From contig NZ_OZ034918.1 of the NCBI RefSeq assembly GCF_964030745.1, positions 990,001-1,022,000 on the forward strand: a stretch of 32,000 nucleotides of DNA, written 5' to 3'. A model generated the notes under the pieces. That model was not told the DNA's origin, did not search any database, and saw only the letters and a list, made by a program, of their open reading frames with translations. Positions 8,345 to 16,526 of this stretch are shown here, one piece after another. The translations under genes and the position numbers were made by a program. Every line of letters starts with the position of its first letter. Position 1 is the stretch's first letter. The DNA is from Candidatus Saccharimonadota bacterium. Its GTDB lineage: Bacteria; Bacteroidota; Bacteroidia; Cytophagales; Amoebophilaceae.

Positions 8345-8939
8345 TAGACCCTCTGCGAAATGCTAAAAAGTAGTTGCATGATTGTAATAAAAGGTGTACT
8401 ATTGAAATTTTATCTTACCATAAGATGGCAATAGATTTCAAAGGCTTATCGAAAATACCCCATGTCATGTCTTACAGGTTGGGCAGTTATAGAATTCTCA
8501 GAAGTTGTTAAGAGATTAGCTCCAGCTTGGGAAAAAATTGTAGAACAGAAGAAATGTCATGGAAGAAAGTCTCATGTAGCAACGCTTCAAGACAGGGTTT
8601 TATGCGTACTGATATACTACAGAACGTATCTCATACACATATTTTGGGGTTATTTATTCAATTTACACAATTCTAATATCTGCCGCTTGCTAAAAAAATG
8701 GAACCTTTACTGGCAAAAAGTAATAAAAATTAAGAAAGATAGATCCATGACTTCTGATAAGATTTTAGGGCTTCTAGTAGGTGCCACAGAGCAACCGACC
8801 CAGCGTCTCCAAGAGAGCCTAAAATGTAAGAAAAGCTATTTTAGTAAGAAGCAAATGACCACCATGAAAATAGAAATTGTTATGGAATCAAGTGAACACT
8901 TCCTCACTCATGCTTTCCATCCGATTCGAAGAGGGTCTA
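8345..8939 (+). mobile_element. Internally deleted IS5-like (DDE_Tnp_4 / Harbinger-like) insertion sequence remnant with recognisable terminal inverted repeats
   Basis: The left end is tagaccctctgcgaaat (8345-8361). The right end is attcgaagagggtcta (8924-8939), whose reverse complement tagaccctcttcgaat matches the left end at 14 of the first 15 nt. A degraded transposase reading frame lies between them. Confidence 0.6.
8425..8939 (+). pseudogene. IS5-family (HTH_Tnp_4 + DDE_Tnp_4 type) transposase pseudogene, frameshifted and 3'-truncated
   Basis: The ORF from 8462 reads ...LTGWAVIEFSEVV...LQDRVLCVLIYYRTY...LLVGATEQPTQR...YFSKKQMTTMKIEIV. From memory this matches the ...LTG.s.eEF..L..., D.LL..L.YLR.Y and DaTE.PIQRP...YSGKKK.HT.K..I pattern of this transposase type. 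The expected first catalytic D is G (codon 8780-8782). A likely N-terminus (ATG 8425, MAIDFKGLSKIP) is in another frame. Homology ends near 8890, so most of the DDE domain is missing. Confidence 0.6.
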
Positions 8940-9073
8940 GTGCAGGCAAACAGTGTAGTAGGCGTTGTTCTGCGTACTATTTTAAATATAAAATCAGTTT
9001 TTATAAATTAAGCTTGGTTTAAGCTTAGCATGGCGAGGCTTACAAGTAATTCTTAAATCATTTTTTTTGTCTT

Positions 9074-9796
9074 ATGCATAGTGTTTACGCTTATATTCGC
9101 AATCATTTTAAACAGCCTGGGAATGGGTTTGTGCAACTTATTTTGCTCCATATTTTAAGTTTTCTATTGCTGTTTTTGTTTAGTACTGGATGTTATATTT
9201 GCGGTTATGAAGCATATAGTACATGGCTTTATAGAAAATTGGCACTTCCTTCTCTTTACCCATTATTCATAAAGCAGCCGTGGACCATTATTACCTACTC
9301 TTTTGTCCATAAGGGTATTGTAGATTTATTCTGGGATATGCTTGTCTTATACGTTTTTGGTCAAAGAATACGGGCCATTGCACGCTCCAAACATATATTG
9401 CGGCTTTATTGTTTAGGGCAAGCCGTAGGTGGGATTCTTTTTTTTATCCTCTACCAATTCTCACCTCCCTTTAAAGGTGTTGCCACTGAGCTTGCAGGGC
9501 CTTCAGCGGCTATTTATGCTATCATGGTAGCGGTTTGTGTGTTGATGCCTAATTTGCGGCTATATTGCTTCTTTTTCTCTTTACCATTAAAATATGTTGT
9601 GGTTGCTTTGCTGGCAATAGCATTTATGCATTTGCCTACCCAACATGCGGGATATTACTTGGCACAGTTGGGTGGTGCATTGGCTGGATATGTCTATGCT
9701 AGGTTTTGTAAAAATGATCTGGATATTAACCATTCTTTTTTTAGCTTGCATGGTGTTCGCAGCAGCAAGATGACGCTTCGTGTTACTAAAACATAG
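9074..9796 (+). CDS. Rhomboid-family membrane protein, predicted catalytically impaired
   Basis: 240-aa polytopic ORF with rhomboid-like blocks: PWTIITYSFVHKG..., AGPSAAIYAIM (the GxSxxxxx Ser block) and AQLGGALAGYVY (the AHxxGxxxG block with Q in place of H). Confidence 0.7.
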   Translation: MHSVYAYIRNHFKQPGNGFVQLILLHILSFLLLFLFSTGCYICGYEAYSTWLYRKLALPSLYPLFIKQPWTIITYSFVHKGIVDLFWDMLVLYVFGQRIRAIARSKHILRLYCLGQAVGGILFFILYQFSPPFKGVATELAGPSAAIYAIMVAVCVLMPNLRLYCFFFSLPLKYVVVALLAIAFMHLPTQHAGYYLAQLGGALAGYVYARFCKNDLDINHSFFSLHGVRSSKMTLRVTKT

Positions 9797-9881
9797 GATA
9801 ATTGTATTATCTTAATCGCTGCTTATAGTGGTGCAGCTAAGTTGGCCAGTATTAATTTTTATTTTACCATACCTGAACGAA

Positions 9882-10244
9882 ATGTTTTTTAGAATGATAA
9901 AGATGCTATGCAAACTATTTGGAATGGCTTGTATAGTGGGCATAGTAAGAGAAAAACTAGGTGTATTTGCCCATACATTCCAGCATAATCTTCAGACGAA
10001 GGCTAAGAAAATAATCCAAATATTTTTACTTGGTTCCCTGGTTTTTATATTACTTGGTTTGGGGCTGCGTTTTTTATTACTTGGTTTGGCTTACTGGTTA
10101 AATACTGTTTTCTCTAGTGCTTATCTTGGCTTTTTTTTGGTTTCAATTTTTTGCTTTTTAATGGTTATGTTTATGGTCCTTATGTTGCGCAATAAAATCA
10201 GTAGCCAGGAAGCGGACCAGGGTCATATGAAGGATGGTGCGTAG
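9882..10244 (+). CDS. Small membrane protein with 2-3 TM segments, possibly holin-X/YqjE-like
   Basis: The track ORF starts at a GTG (9828). The internal ATG at 9882 (MFFRMIKML...) is the more plausible start. The hydrophobic architecture is ...IFLLGSLVFILLGLGL...LGFFLVSIFCFLMVMF.... The family assignment is weak. Confidence 0.35.
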   Translation: MFFRMIKMLCKLFGMACIVGIVREKLGVFAHTFQHNLQTKAKKIIQIFLLGSLVFILLGLGLRFLLLGLAYWLNTVFSSAYLGFFLVSIFCFLMVMFMVLMLRNKISSQEADQGHMKDGA

Positions 10245-10266
10245 CTGTTTTTATTGCAACTGTGTT

Positions 10267-11685
10267 ATGTTATCATCTTCATTTTCTATACCATACTTCT
10301 TGATAGCCTCATTTTTATTATTAAACCTAGGGGTAGGCTTAGCGAGCAGAAAAGCAACCACCTTTCGAGCCTATGCTGTGGATGACAAGCGATTTTCTAC
10401 GGTTAAGTTGCTGGCTACACTACTGGCTACTTCTTTTTGTGGGGTAGTACTTGTGTCTCCTGTACAAGTATGTTATAGCTATGGTTTATTGCAGTTTTGT
10501 TTAATGTTTGTTAATGCTATCGCTTTGTGGTTGACTAGCTTGGCATGGGTGCGGATGGCTCCATTTATGCATCACCTTTCTATTGCAGAAACAATAGGTA
10601 GCGTATATGGAAACTATCCAAGGATTATTACTGCTTTGTTGAGTATATGGTATACTATTTCTACTCTTATTTTTCAAATCAATGCGATTTCCTATATTGT
10701 CACTGCCTGTTTACATTCGGTTGATCCTAATAGCATGATCGTATTGGCAGCTTTGGTGATTATTACTTATGCTGCTTTTGGAGGAATTCGTTCTGTTACC
10801 AATACAGATGTGCTTCAATTTATAACTTTTATTATTATAATTATTATTGTTGCTAAACTTATGTTTGTAAAAACAGGTAAATCTTTTTTGGAAATTATAT
10901 GGTTTGCACGAAAACAAGAAAAGTTTAAACTTAGCAGCTTATGCTATCCTGATAGCCATCTATGGGATTGTATTGTATATTTTCTATTTTGCCTTTTGAG
11001 TATTGTTGATCCTGCCATTATACAGAGGATGTACATGTGCTCTGGTCCTATTCAGGTAAAAAAGGTTTTTTTGTATGGTAGCTTTTTATATGTGCTTATA
11101 ATGCTTTTTATATGCCTGATTGGTCTATTTGTTTTTTCAAGCAATTCAACTTTATCGATGGAAGAAATTTGGGGTTATATAGTTACCAGTCTGCCATCTT
11201 TTTTACAAGGTGCTATTGTCACTTGTGTGTTAGCTATGGCCACGTCTACAGCTGATTCTTATTTACATCTTTGTTCTATTATAGTGGTTCATGATCTGAT
11301 GGCAAGCATTCCGGGGGTAAAGCCAATTGTGGATAGACTTCAGATTCGGGTGGCTAGATTGGCGATACTAGGTATCGGGCTATTCTCTATGATCATGGCT
11401 ATTTATTCCAATGATCTATGGAAGAGTTTTAGTAGTATTGTTTTTTACGTGTATACACTTTATAACGTTGTAGTTTCTGCCCCTTTTATCTTAGCTTGCT
11501 TTGGCTTTCGAGGTAGTGCTCGAACTGCTTTAGTAGGGATGGCGATGGCTATATTGATGAGTTTGGCTTGTAAAAAATTTAGGTTTTTAATAGGTATTCC
11601 TGCTTGTGTAGCTTCTATGGTAGCTAATGGTTGTATCTATTCACGTCACTGGTTAATAATGAATTGTATTCCACTTTTTTCTTGA
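10267..11685 (+). CDS. Sodium:solute symporter (SSS) family transporter
   Basis: Polytopic ORF with the SSS-typical block YAAFGGIRSVTNTDVLQF and an N-terminal helix followed by SRKATTFRAYAVDDKRF. The start is taken at ATG 10267, not the longest-ORF start at 10234. Confidence 0.7.
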   Translation: MLSSSFSIPYFLIASFLLLNLGVGLASRKATTFRAYAVDDKRFSTVKLLATLLATSFCGVVLVSPVQVCYSYGLLQFCLMFVNAIALWLTSLAWVRMAPFMHHLSIAETIGSVYGNYPRIITALLSIWYTISTLIFQINAISYIVTACLHSVDPNSMIVLAALVIITYAAFGGIRSVTNTDVLQFITFIIIIIIVAKLMFVKTGKSFLEIIWFARKQEKFKLSSLCYPDSHLWDCIVYFLFCLLSIVDPAIIQRMYMCSGPIQVKKVFLYGSFLYVLIMLFICLIGLFVFSSNSTLSMEEIWGYIVTSLPSFLQGAIVTCVLAMATSTADSYLHLCSIIVVHDLMASIPGVKPIVDRLQIRVARLAILGIGLFSMIMAIYSNDLWKSFSSIVFYVYTLYNVVVSAPFILACFGFRGSARTALVGMAMAILMSLACKKFRFLIGIPACVASMVANGCIYSRHWLIMNCIPLFS

Positions 11686-11708
11686 TAAAAAAGTGGACAA
11701 AAAATCAA

Positions 11709-11846
11709 GCCCTCGGTAAAAAGTTGGGGACCTCATCCCTTACAGATGGAAAAACAGAAGTCGCCCGCTGCGCGGGCTTCAAAGGAATCTGTTTTTCCTA
11801 ATCATCTGCAAGGGATGAGGCCTATTTCCCAACTTTTTACAGGGGC
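11709..11846. repeat. 138-bp extended imperfect palindrome (long hairpin) with a GC-rich apical stem-loop
   Basis: The left arm is gccctcggtaaaaagttgggga-cctcatccctt-acagatg-gaaaaacaga. It pairs with the right arm tctgtttttc-ctaatcatctgc-aagggatgagg-cctatttcccaactttttacaggggc, which carries two 5-nt bulges. The apex is gcccgc-tgc-gcgggc (11763-11777). Confidence 0.8.
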
Positions 11847-11945
11847 ATTTTTCGTAACGATTCAGCGGTGTGGTTTTTTAGGGTTGCAAAATCTCAAATA
11901 ACTTTTTAAGTTTAGTTTTCTTTAGTTTCATTCCACATCAAAGAG

Positions 11946-12260
11946 ATGGATTCTTTATCCTCGATAGTTATTTCCTTACAATCAGAAATTAGCCTTCTCA
12001 AATCGAGTATTAGCGTGCTAGAGGCAGATAATGCCGCATTGCGTGGAGAGATTGCCGTATTAACCGCTAACAATAGTTCTTTAAAAGAAGTTATTACCTC
12101 TCTATCGGCCGCCACTAATGGTTTGGGTATGATGGCTGCGCATTACCTATTGCCTCAATCACCCGGTATGGGGTGGATTGGGCTAAATCCGCAACAAAAA
12201 CGACTTAAGCAGCTTGTTGGCCTATTTAAGCGTTTTAATAAAAGGACTGATTTAGAATAA
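11946..12260 (+). CDS. Hypothetical coiled-coil protein; may be a gene fragment
   Basis: 104-aa ORF. The N-terminal half has a heptad-like pattern, LQSEISLLKSSISVLEADNAALRGEIAVLTANNSSLKEVITSL. I recognise no family. An antisense ORF (11912-12115) of similar size overlaps it, so coding status is uncertain. Confidence 0.25.
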   Translation: MDSLSSIVISLQSEISLLKSSISVLEADNAALRGEIAVLTANNSSLKEVITSLSAATNGLGMMAAHYLLPQSPGMGWIGLNPQQKRLKQLVGLFKRFNKRTDLE

Positions 12261-12277
12261 AAGGGGTAAATATGGCT

Positions 12278-13591
12278 TTATTTTTGAATCCGTGCGTTTA
12301 TCTGTTCTTTAAATTGATTGCCTCGATCTTCAAAGTTTTTAAATAAATCAAAGCTGGCACATGCAGGGGATAAGAGGATGACTTCCCCCGGTAATGCAAT
12401 AGATAGGGCGTTGTCTATGGCTGAAGAGAGGTTATCGGTCTCTTTTATAGGCAGACCTAGCGGGCGAAAGGATTTGATAATAGCGCTGTTATCTTTTCCC
12501 AAACAGATGATTGCTTTGACCTGCTCTTGTACAATGGGTAGGAGGGGGGCATAGTTGTTGCCTTTATCTATGCCACCGGCTATCCAGATAATGGGTTGGC
12601 TAAAGCTAAGCAATGCAGCTGTTGTAGAGGCTACATTGGTCGATTTTGAGTCGTTGTAACAATCTATGCCTTGGGGTGCGCCACACCATTCCAGTCGATG
12701 GGGTAACCCACAAAATGTAGGTAAAGCAGTAGCAATTGTTTCAGAAGAGAGGCCTGCTAAAGCCGCTGCTGTAGCCGCAACCATAGCATTATACTGGTTA
12801 TGCCTGCCTAGTAAGGCTACTTGCTCCCTGCTAGTAGACAGGGTGTAGTCCTGCCCATTAAGGTGCAATAGGTTGTTAGGATTATCAATAGGAGATATAG
12901 GATGTAATTGTGGTAAAATCTTCTGTTTTGGCAGATATTGTGTGGTGATTGGATCGGCTTTATTGTAAATAAAGTGGTCTAATGGGGTCATGTTGCGCAA
13001 TAGGTTCAACTTGGCTTGGGCATAGGCTTCTATGGAGCTATGGTATCTATCTAGGTGGTCAGGTGTAATATTTAGTAGACAAGCAATGGCTGGCTTAAAA
13101 TCTTTGATTGCTTCCAGTTGAAAGCTGGAAAGCTCTAATACGTAGTAGGCATAGGTTGATTGTGTGAGGCACTTAGCAAAGCTATATCCTATATTCCCAG
13201 CTAAAGCGACCTGGTACCCTGCTGCATGGAGCAAATGGTAAATCAGGTGGGCTGTTGTGCTTTTGCCATTTGAGCCTGTTACAGCTATAATTTTTCCCTT
13301 TGCGTAGCGTGCTGCAAATTCTATTTCATCTATGATGGGTATATTTTGGAGTTTCCTGATGATTGTGGCTGTATGGGGTATCCCGGGGCTTTTGATGACT
13401 TCATCTGCTGATTGTATTTTTTCTATGGTGTGGCCTCCCTCTTCAAATGGAATCTGGTGGGTGGTCAGTAAATGTTTATAGTCTGCTTTAATGATGCCAG
13501 CATCTGACAGGAAGACATCTATTCCTTGTTGTTTGGCCAAGAGGGCTGCACCGGTTCCGCTTTCTCCGCCACCTAATATTGCTAATCGCAT
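12278..13591 (-). CDS. murD: UDP-N-acetylmuramoyl-L-alanine--D-glutamate ligase
   Basis: 437-aa ORF with a MurD-type N-terminus MRLAILGGGESGTGAALLA, the P-loop VTGSNGKSTT and Mur ligase middle and C-terminal blocks. Confidence 0.9.
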   Translation of the reverse strand: MRLAILGGGESGTGAALLAKQQGIDVFLSDAGIIKADYKHLLTTHQIPFEEGGHTIEKIQSADEVIKSPGIPHTATIIRKLQNIPIIDEIEFAARYAKGKIIAVTGSNGKSTTAHLIYHLLHAAGYQVALAGNIGYSFAKCLTQSTYAYYVLELSSFQLEAIKDFKPAIACLLNITPDHLDRYHSSIEAYAQAKLNLLRNMTPLDHFIYNKADPITTQYLPKQKILPQLHPISPIDNPNNLLHLNGQDYTLSTSREQVALLGRHNQYNAMVAATAAALAGLSSETIATALPTFCGLPHRLEWCGAPQGIDCYNDSKSTNVASTTAALLSFSQPIIWIAGGIDKGNNYAPLLPIVQEQVKAIICLGKDNSAIIKSFRPLGLPIKETDNLSSAIDNALSIALPGEVILLSPACASFDLFKNFEDRGNQFKEQINARIQK

Positions 13592-14388
13592 CTTTGTTTA
13601 GTGCTTTTTTTTGTTTTTTGACTGACGAACATATGGGTTACATAGGTATAAACTGCTAGGAGTGTTCCAATAGCTAATAGGCCACGTGTTACAATAGGTA
13701 AGTTATTGATGGCTACATCTAATCTTTTATCTAATGCGAGGTAGATGATGGATGTGGCACATAAGTTATGTAGTCCATGAGCGAGCATAGGGTAGATAAT
13801 ATGGTTGGTTTGGTGGTATAGGTAGCTGAGAAAGCAGCCCATTACAAAATACAATAGGTTATTGCTCATATTGCAGTGCATTAAACTAAATGCTATGGCA
13901 CTGATCACGGTGATCCATCGTCTGCTTGAGGTGATTTTGCTGAGTAGTTTTTCTAAAATACCTCGAAAGAGTAGTTCTTCTAGAATAGCCGTTAGACAGC
14001 TTATTTCTACAATGCCACGGTATACAAAGTCGATGTTGCTACTAAAATGTAATATGGGCTGTACGCTGGGATGCCATAATGCTTCTTTAATGCTGCTGAG
14101 CAATGTTAAGGCAAATGTCATCATCAGTTGAGCCAGTATCGTGCCAATGGTTAACCTATAGAGAGGTGCAGGTGGCGCTATGGAGTGTTGCATGCTTTGT
14201 TGTTTCTGTAGCTGTACATAGTAGCCCAAAGCAGCGGAACAAATGATGATCCGTGCCATAAAGCTTCTCAGCACAGAGCGATGCAGTAGGTAACGAATGG
14301 TCGGCTCTATCAACATGGTGGAAAACCCTAGGTAAAGCCCTATGGATGATAGGGTCAATAGCATCAGTAGTTTAATGTTTGATCTCAT
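13582..14388 (-). CDS. CPBP-family (CAAX/Abi-type) intramembrane glutamic endopeptidase
   Basis: 268-aa polytopic ORF with the CPBP motifs EELLFRG, FSLMH and AHGLHN. Its stop overlaps the murD start by 10 nt. Confidence 0.8.
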   Translation of the reverse strand: MRSNIKLLMLLTLSSIGLYLGFSTMLIEPTIRYLLHRSVLRSFMARIIICSAALGYYVQLQKQQSMQHSIAPPAPLYRLTIGTILAQLMMTFALTLLSSIKEALWHPSVQPILHFSSNIDFVYRGIVEISCLTAILEELLFRGILEKLLSKITSSRRWITVISAIAFSLMHCNMSNNLLYFVMGCFLSYLYHQTNHIIYPMLAHGLHNLCATSIIYLALDKRLDVAINNLPIVTRGLLAIGTLLAVYTYVTHMFVSQKTKKSTKQRCD

Positions 14389-14433
14389 GGTTGATATTAG
14401 CTCTTTTTGAGGTTTCCTACAAATTCCTGAGCA

Positions 14434-14600
14434 TAAGCCTCTTTCGAAAGAAGTCTATAGACCTTCTGCACAACCTATTTCTAATGGCAATTTTGGTGTC
14501 GAAGCTTGTCTACGCTCCTCAAATACATCTAGTATGCTGCGGTGCTCGACTGCGTTTCTCCTAAAAATTACTGATCACAAATAGCTTTTGCAGAAGGTCT
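14434..14600 (-). repeat. MITE-like palindromic repeat, copy B (inverted relative to A and C; carries an extra ~24-nt segment in one arm)
   Basis: The reverse complement reads agaccttctgcaaaagctatttgtgatcagtaatttttaggagaaacgcagtcgagcaccgcagcatactagatgtatttgaggagcgtagacaagcttcgacaccaaaattgccattagaaatagg.... It is about 90% identical to copies A and C. The segment agaccttctgca occurs at both 14459-14470 and, inverted, 14589-14600. Confidence 0.8.
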
Positions 14601-14641
14601 TATTTTTTTGCGTATATTTTGGCCTAGTAAAGATAGAAAAA

Positions 14642-15664
14642 ATGGAGAATGATCTGATCAATGGTCCCTTCGGTGTGCTGAAGAAACCAGAAGAACAACT
14701 TGATAAAGCGCTACGTCCGCTTCAATTCAATGACTTCTTTGGACAAGAAAAGCTGGTGGAGAATATTCAAATATTTGTAGCAGCTGCCAAGCAAAGAAAA
14801 GAAGCGTTGGATCATGTATTGTTGCATGGCCCGCCTGGTTTAGGCAAAACGACATTGGCTTATATTATTGCTTATGAGTTGAATACTAATATAAAAGTTA
14901 CATCTGGTCCTGTATTGGATAAACCTGGGGATTTAGCGGGGTTGTTGACTAGTTTAGAACCTACCAATGTGCTTTTTATAGATGAGATCCATCGTCTTAA
15001 TCCGATAGTGGAAGAATATCTATATACAGCTATGGAAGATTTTAAAATAGACATTATGTTGGATGCTGGTCCCAATGCACGTAGTGTACAGTTGGCGTTG
15101 AACCCTTTTACCTTGATTGGGGCTACTACCCGTTCTGGTTTGCTTACTGCACCGTTACGGGCCCGTTTTGGTATTAATGCGCGGTTAGATTATTATCCTG
15201 CTACTTTGTTGACCAAAATTGTTCAGCGTGCCAGTGGTATATGGGGTGCGCCTATTGACCAAGAGGCTGCTTATGAAATTGCCAGGAGAAGTCGAGGGAC
15301 GCCCCGTATAGCCAATAATCTGCTGAAACGTACACGCGATTTTGCTCAGGTTAAAGGGGATGGACGGATTACCAAGGATATGGTTGCAGTAAGCTTGGCA
15401 GCTTTGAATGTAGATGAGCATGGGCTAGATGAAATGGACAAACGTATTCTGACCAATATTATTGAAAAATTCAAGGGGGGGCCTGTAGGCCTTACTACTA
15501 TTGCAACCGCTTGTTTGGAGGAGGCAGAAACGATAGAAGAGGTATATGAACCATTTCTTATTCAAGAAGGCTATATCAAACGTACCCCACGGGGAAGGGT
15601 CGCAACAGAGGCGGCTTATAAACATCTAGGGTTGCCTTATACGGCTGATCTTTTTGAGAAATAA
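14642..15664 (+). CDS. ruvB: Holliday junction branch migration ATPase RuvB
   Basis: Walker [10 protein letters not shown], Walker B FIDEIHRL, and RuvB-typical [13 protein letters not shown]. The start is set at ATG 14642 (MENDL...), because the longest-ORF TTG start at 14588 lies inside repeat copy B. Confidence 0.95.
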   Translation: MENDLINGPFGVLKKPEEQLDKALRPLQFNDFFGQEKLVENIQIFVAAAKQRKEALDHVLLHGPPGLGKTTLAYIIAYELNTNIKVTSGPVLDKPGDLAGLLTSLEPTNVLFIDEIHRLNPIVEEYLYTAMEDFKIDIMLDAGPNARSVQLALNPFTLIGATTRSGLLTAPLRARFGINARLDYYPATLLTKIVQRASGIWGAPIDQEAAYEIARRSRGTPRIANNLLKRTRDFAQVKGDGRITKDMVAVSLAALNVDEHGLDEMDKRILTNIIEKFKGGPVGLTTIATACLEEAETIEEVYEPFLIQEGYIKRTPRGRVATEAAYKHLGLPYTADLFEK

Positions 15665-15785
15665 AAAGGAGTTTTTATGGCGTTTTTTGCCTTGATAAGT
15701 GGGGGCACCCAGTTCACAATTGAAATAGCGTTATGCCACATTTTATGATCAAATTTGAAGGAAGAATTTAAATCACTGATATGTT

Positions 15786-16220
15786 TTACACAATCTTGTC
15801 AAAAGACTTATCAACTACTACATATGTCCCAGATGGTTCTTTTTCTTCTTCTTCGATCCAACATTCTAGTCCATTTTTAAATTTCATCATTTTCCCATCA
15901 ATCATATATATCCCAGTTTCAATTTCTTCTTCCGGATTTAGTCGTTTAACGCGTTTGTTGAAAAGATCAAATTGATATGTCTCAGATGCTTTTTTTGCTT
16001 CCTTCGGATATTCTATTCCATTTTCAAATACCCTAATTTCCCCATCAATCATATATGCCCCAGTTCCAATTTCTTTTTCTGGTTTCTGAGGTGGTTTCGT
16101 GGGTTTTTCTTTATTTATATCTTTCTTCTTCTTAGAAGAAGTCAACCCCATATTAGACTGACCGACCCCACTACAAGATGCCAGGAAAGGCAAAACAACT
16201 AAATATTTTTTTATGTTCAT
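15786..16220 (-). CDS. Hypothetical small lipoprotein with an internal two-fold repeat
   Basis: The start is set at ATG 16220, giving MNIKKYLVVLPFLASCSG (lipobox LASC). After a Lys/Pro-rich linker there are two copies of E-x-E-I-x-T-G-x-Y-M-I-D-G-x-x-x-x-F-x-N-G-x-E, spaced 49 codons apart. Confidence 0.5.
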   Translation of the reverse strand: MNIKKYLVVLPFLASCSGVGQSNMGLTSSKKKKDINKEKPTKPPQKPEKEIGTGAYMIDGEIRVFENGIEYPKEAKKASETYQFDLFNKRVKRLNPEEEIETGIYMIDGKMMKFKNGLECWIEEEEKEPSGTYVVVDKSFDKIV

Positions 16221-16526
16221 GATAGATTTATTTTGAATAAAAATATGCAAGACATGTATATTGTGTATCTTACAAATAACGTTTTGCAGATGTCCTAAAT
16301 TATTCTGTAATAAGCAAATTATAACCTTCCATTCCAATCTAACTTCCCTTGAATAGTATGCTTTACTAATGTGCGTTCTGGATTACTTGTATAAAAAATA
16401 GTTTAAAAATAGCAGCATAGCAAATGGGAAAAAACAGGAAAGAAAAGTAAGAAAAAAATGTCCGAATGCTTCAGCCCATTATATCAAATGCATATGCATT
16501 CATTTAGTTTGCTGTCCATACTACCG

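Noticed and set aside
6504-8461. Search for tRNA, tmRNA, RNase P, SRP or 6S RNA in the long non-coding stretches, and in 11686-11945 and 16221-16636
   Set aside because: By eye I found no cloverleaf-compatible arms and none of the conserved cores I know, such as the RNase P GGAAAGUCCGGGC core or the SRP domain IV motif. A covariance-model scan would be needed to exclude them formally.
14456-14603. Apparent 3-bp target-site duplication 'tat' flanking a 142-bp unit agaccttctgca...tgcagaaggtct in copy B
   Set aside because: Alignment with copies A and C shows the element continues to about 14434 (tttcgaaagaggct matches their outer arm). The 'tat' therefore lies inside the element next to an internal duplicated segment. 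It is probably a chance match in AT-rich DNA.
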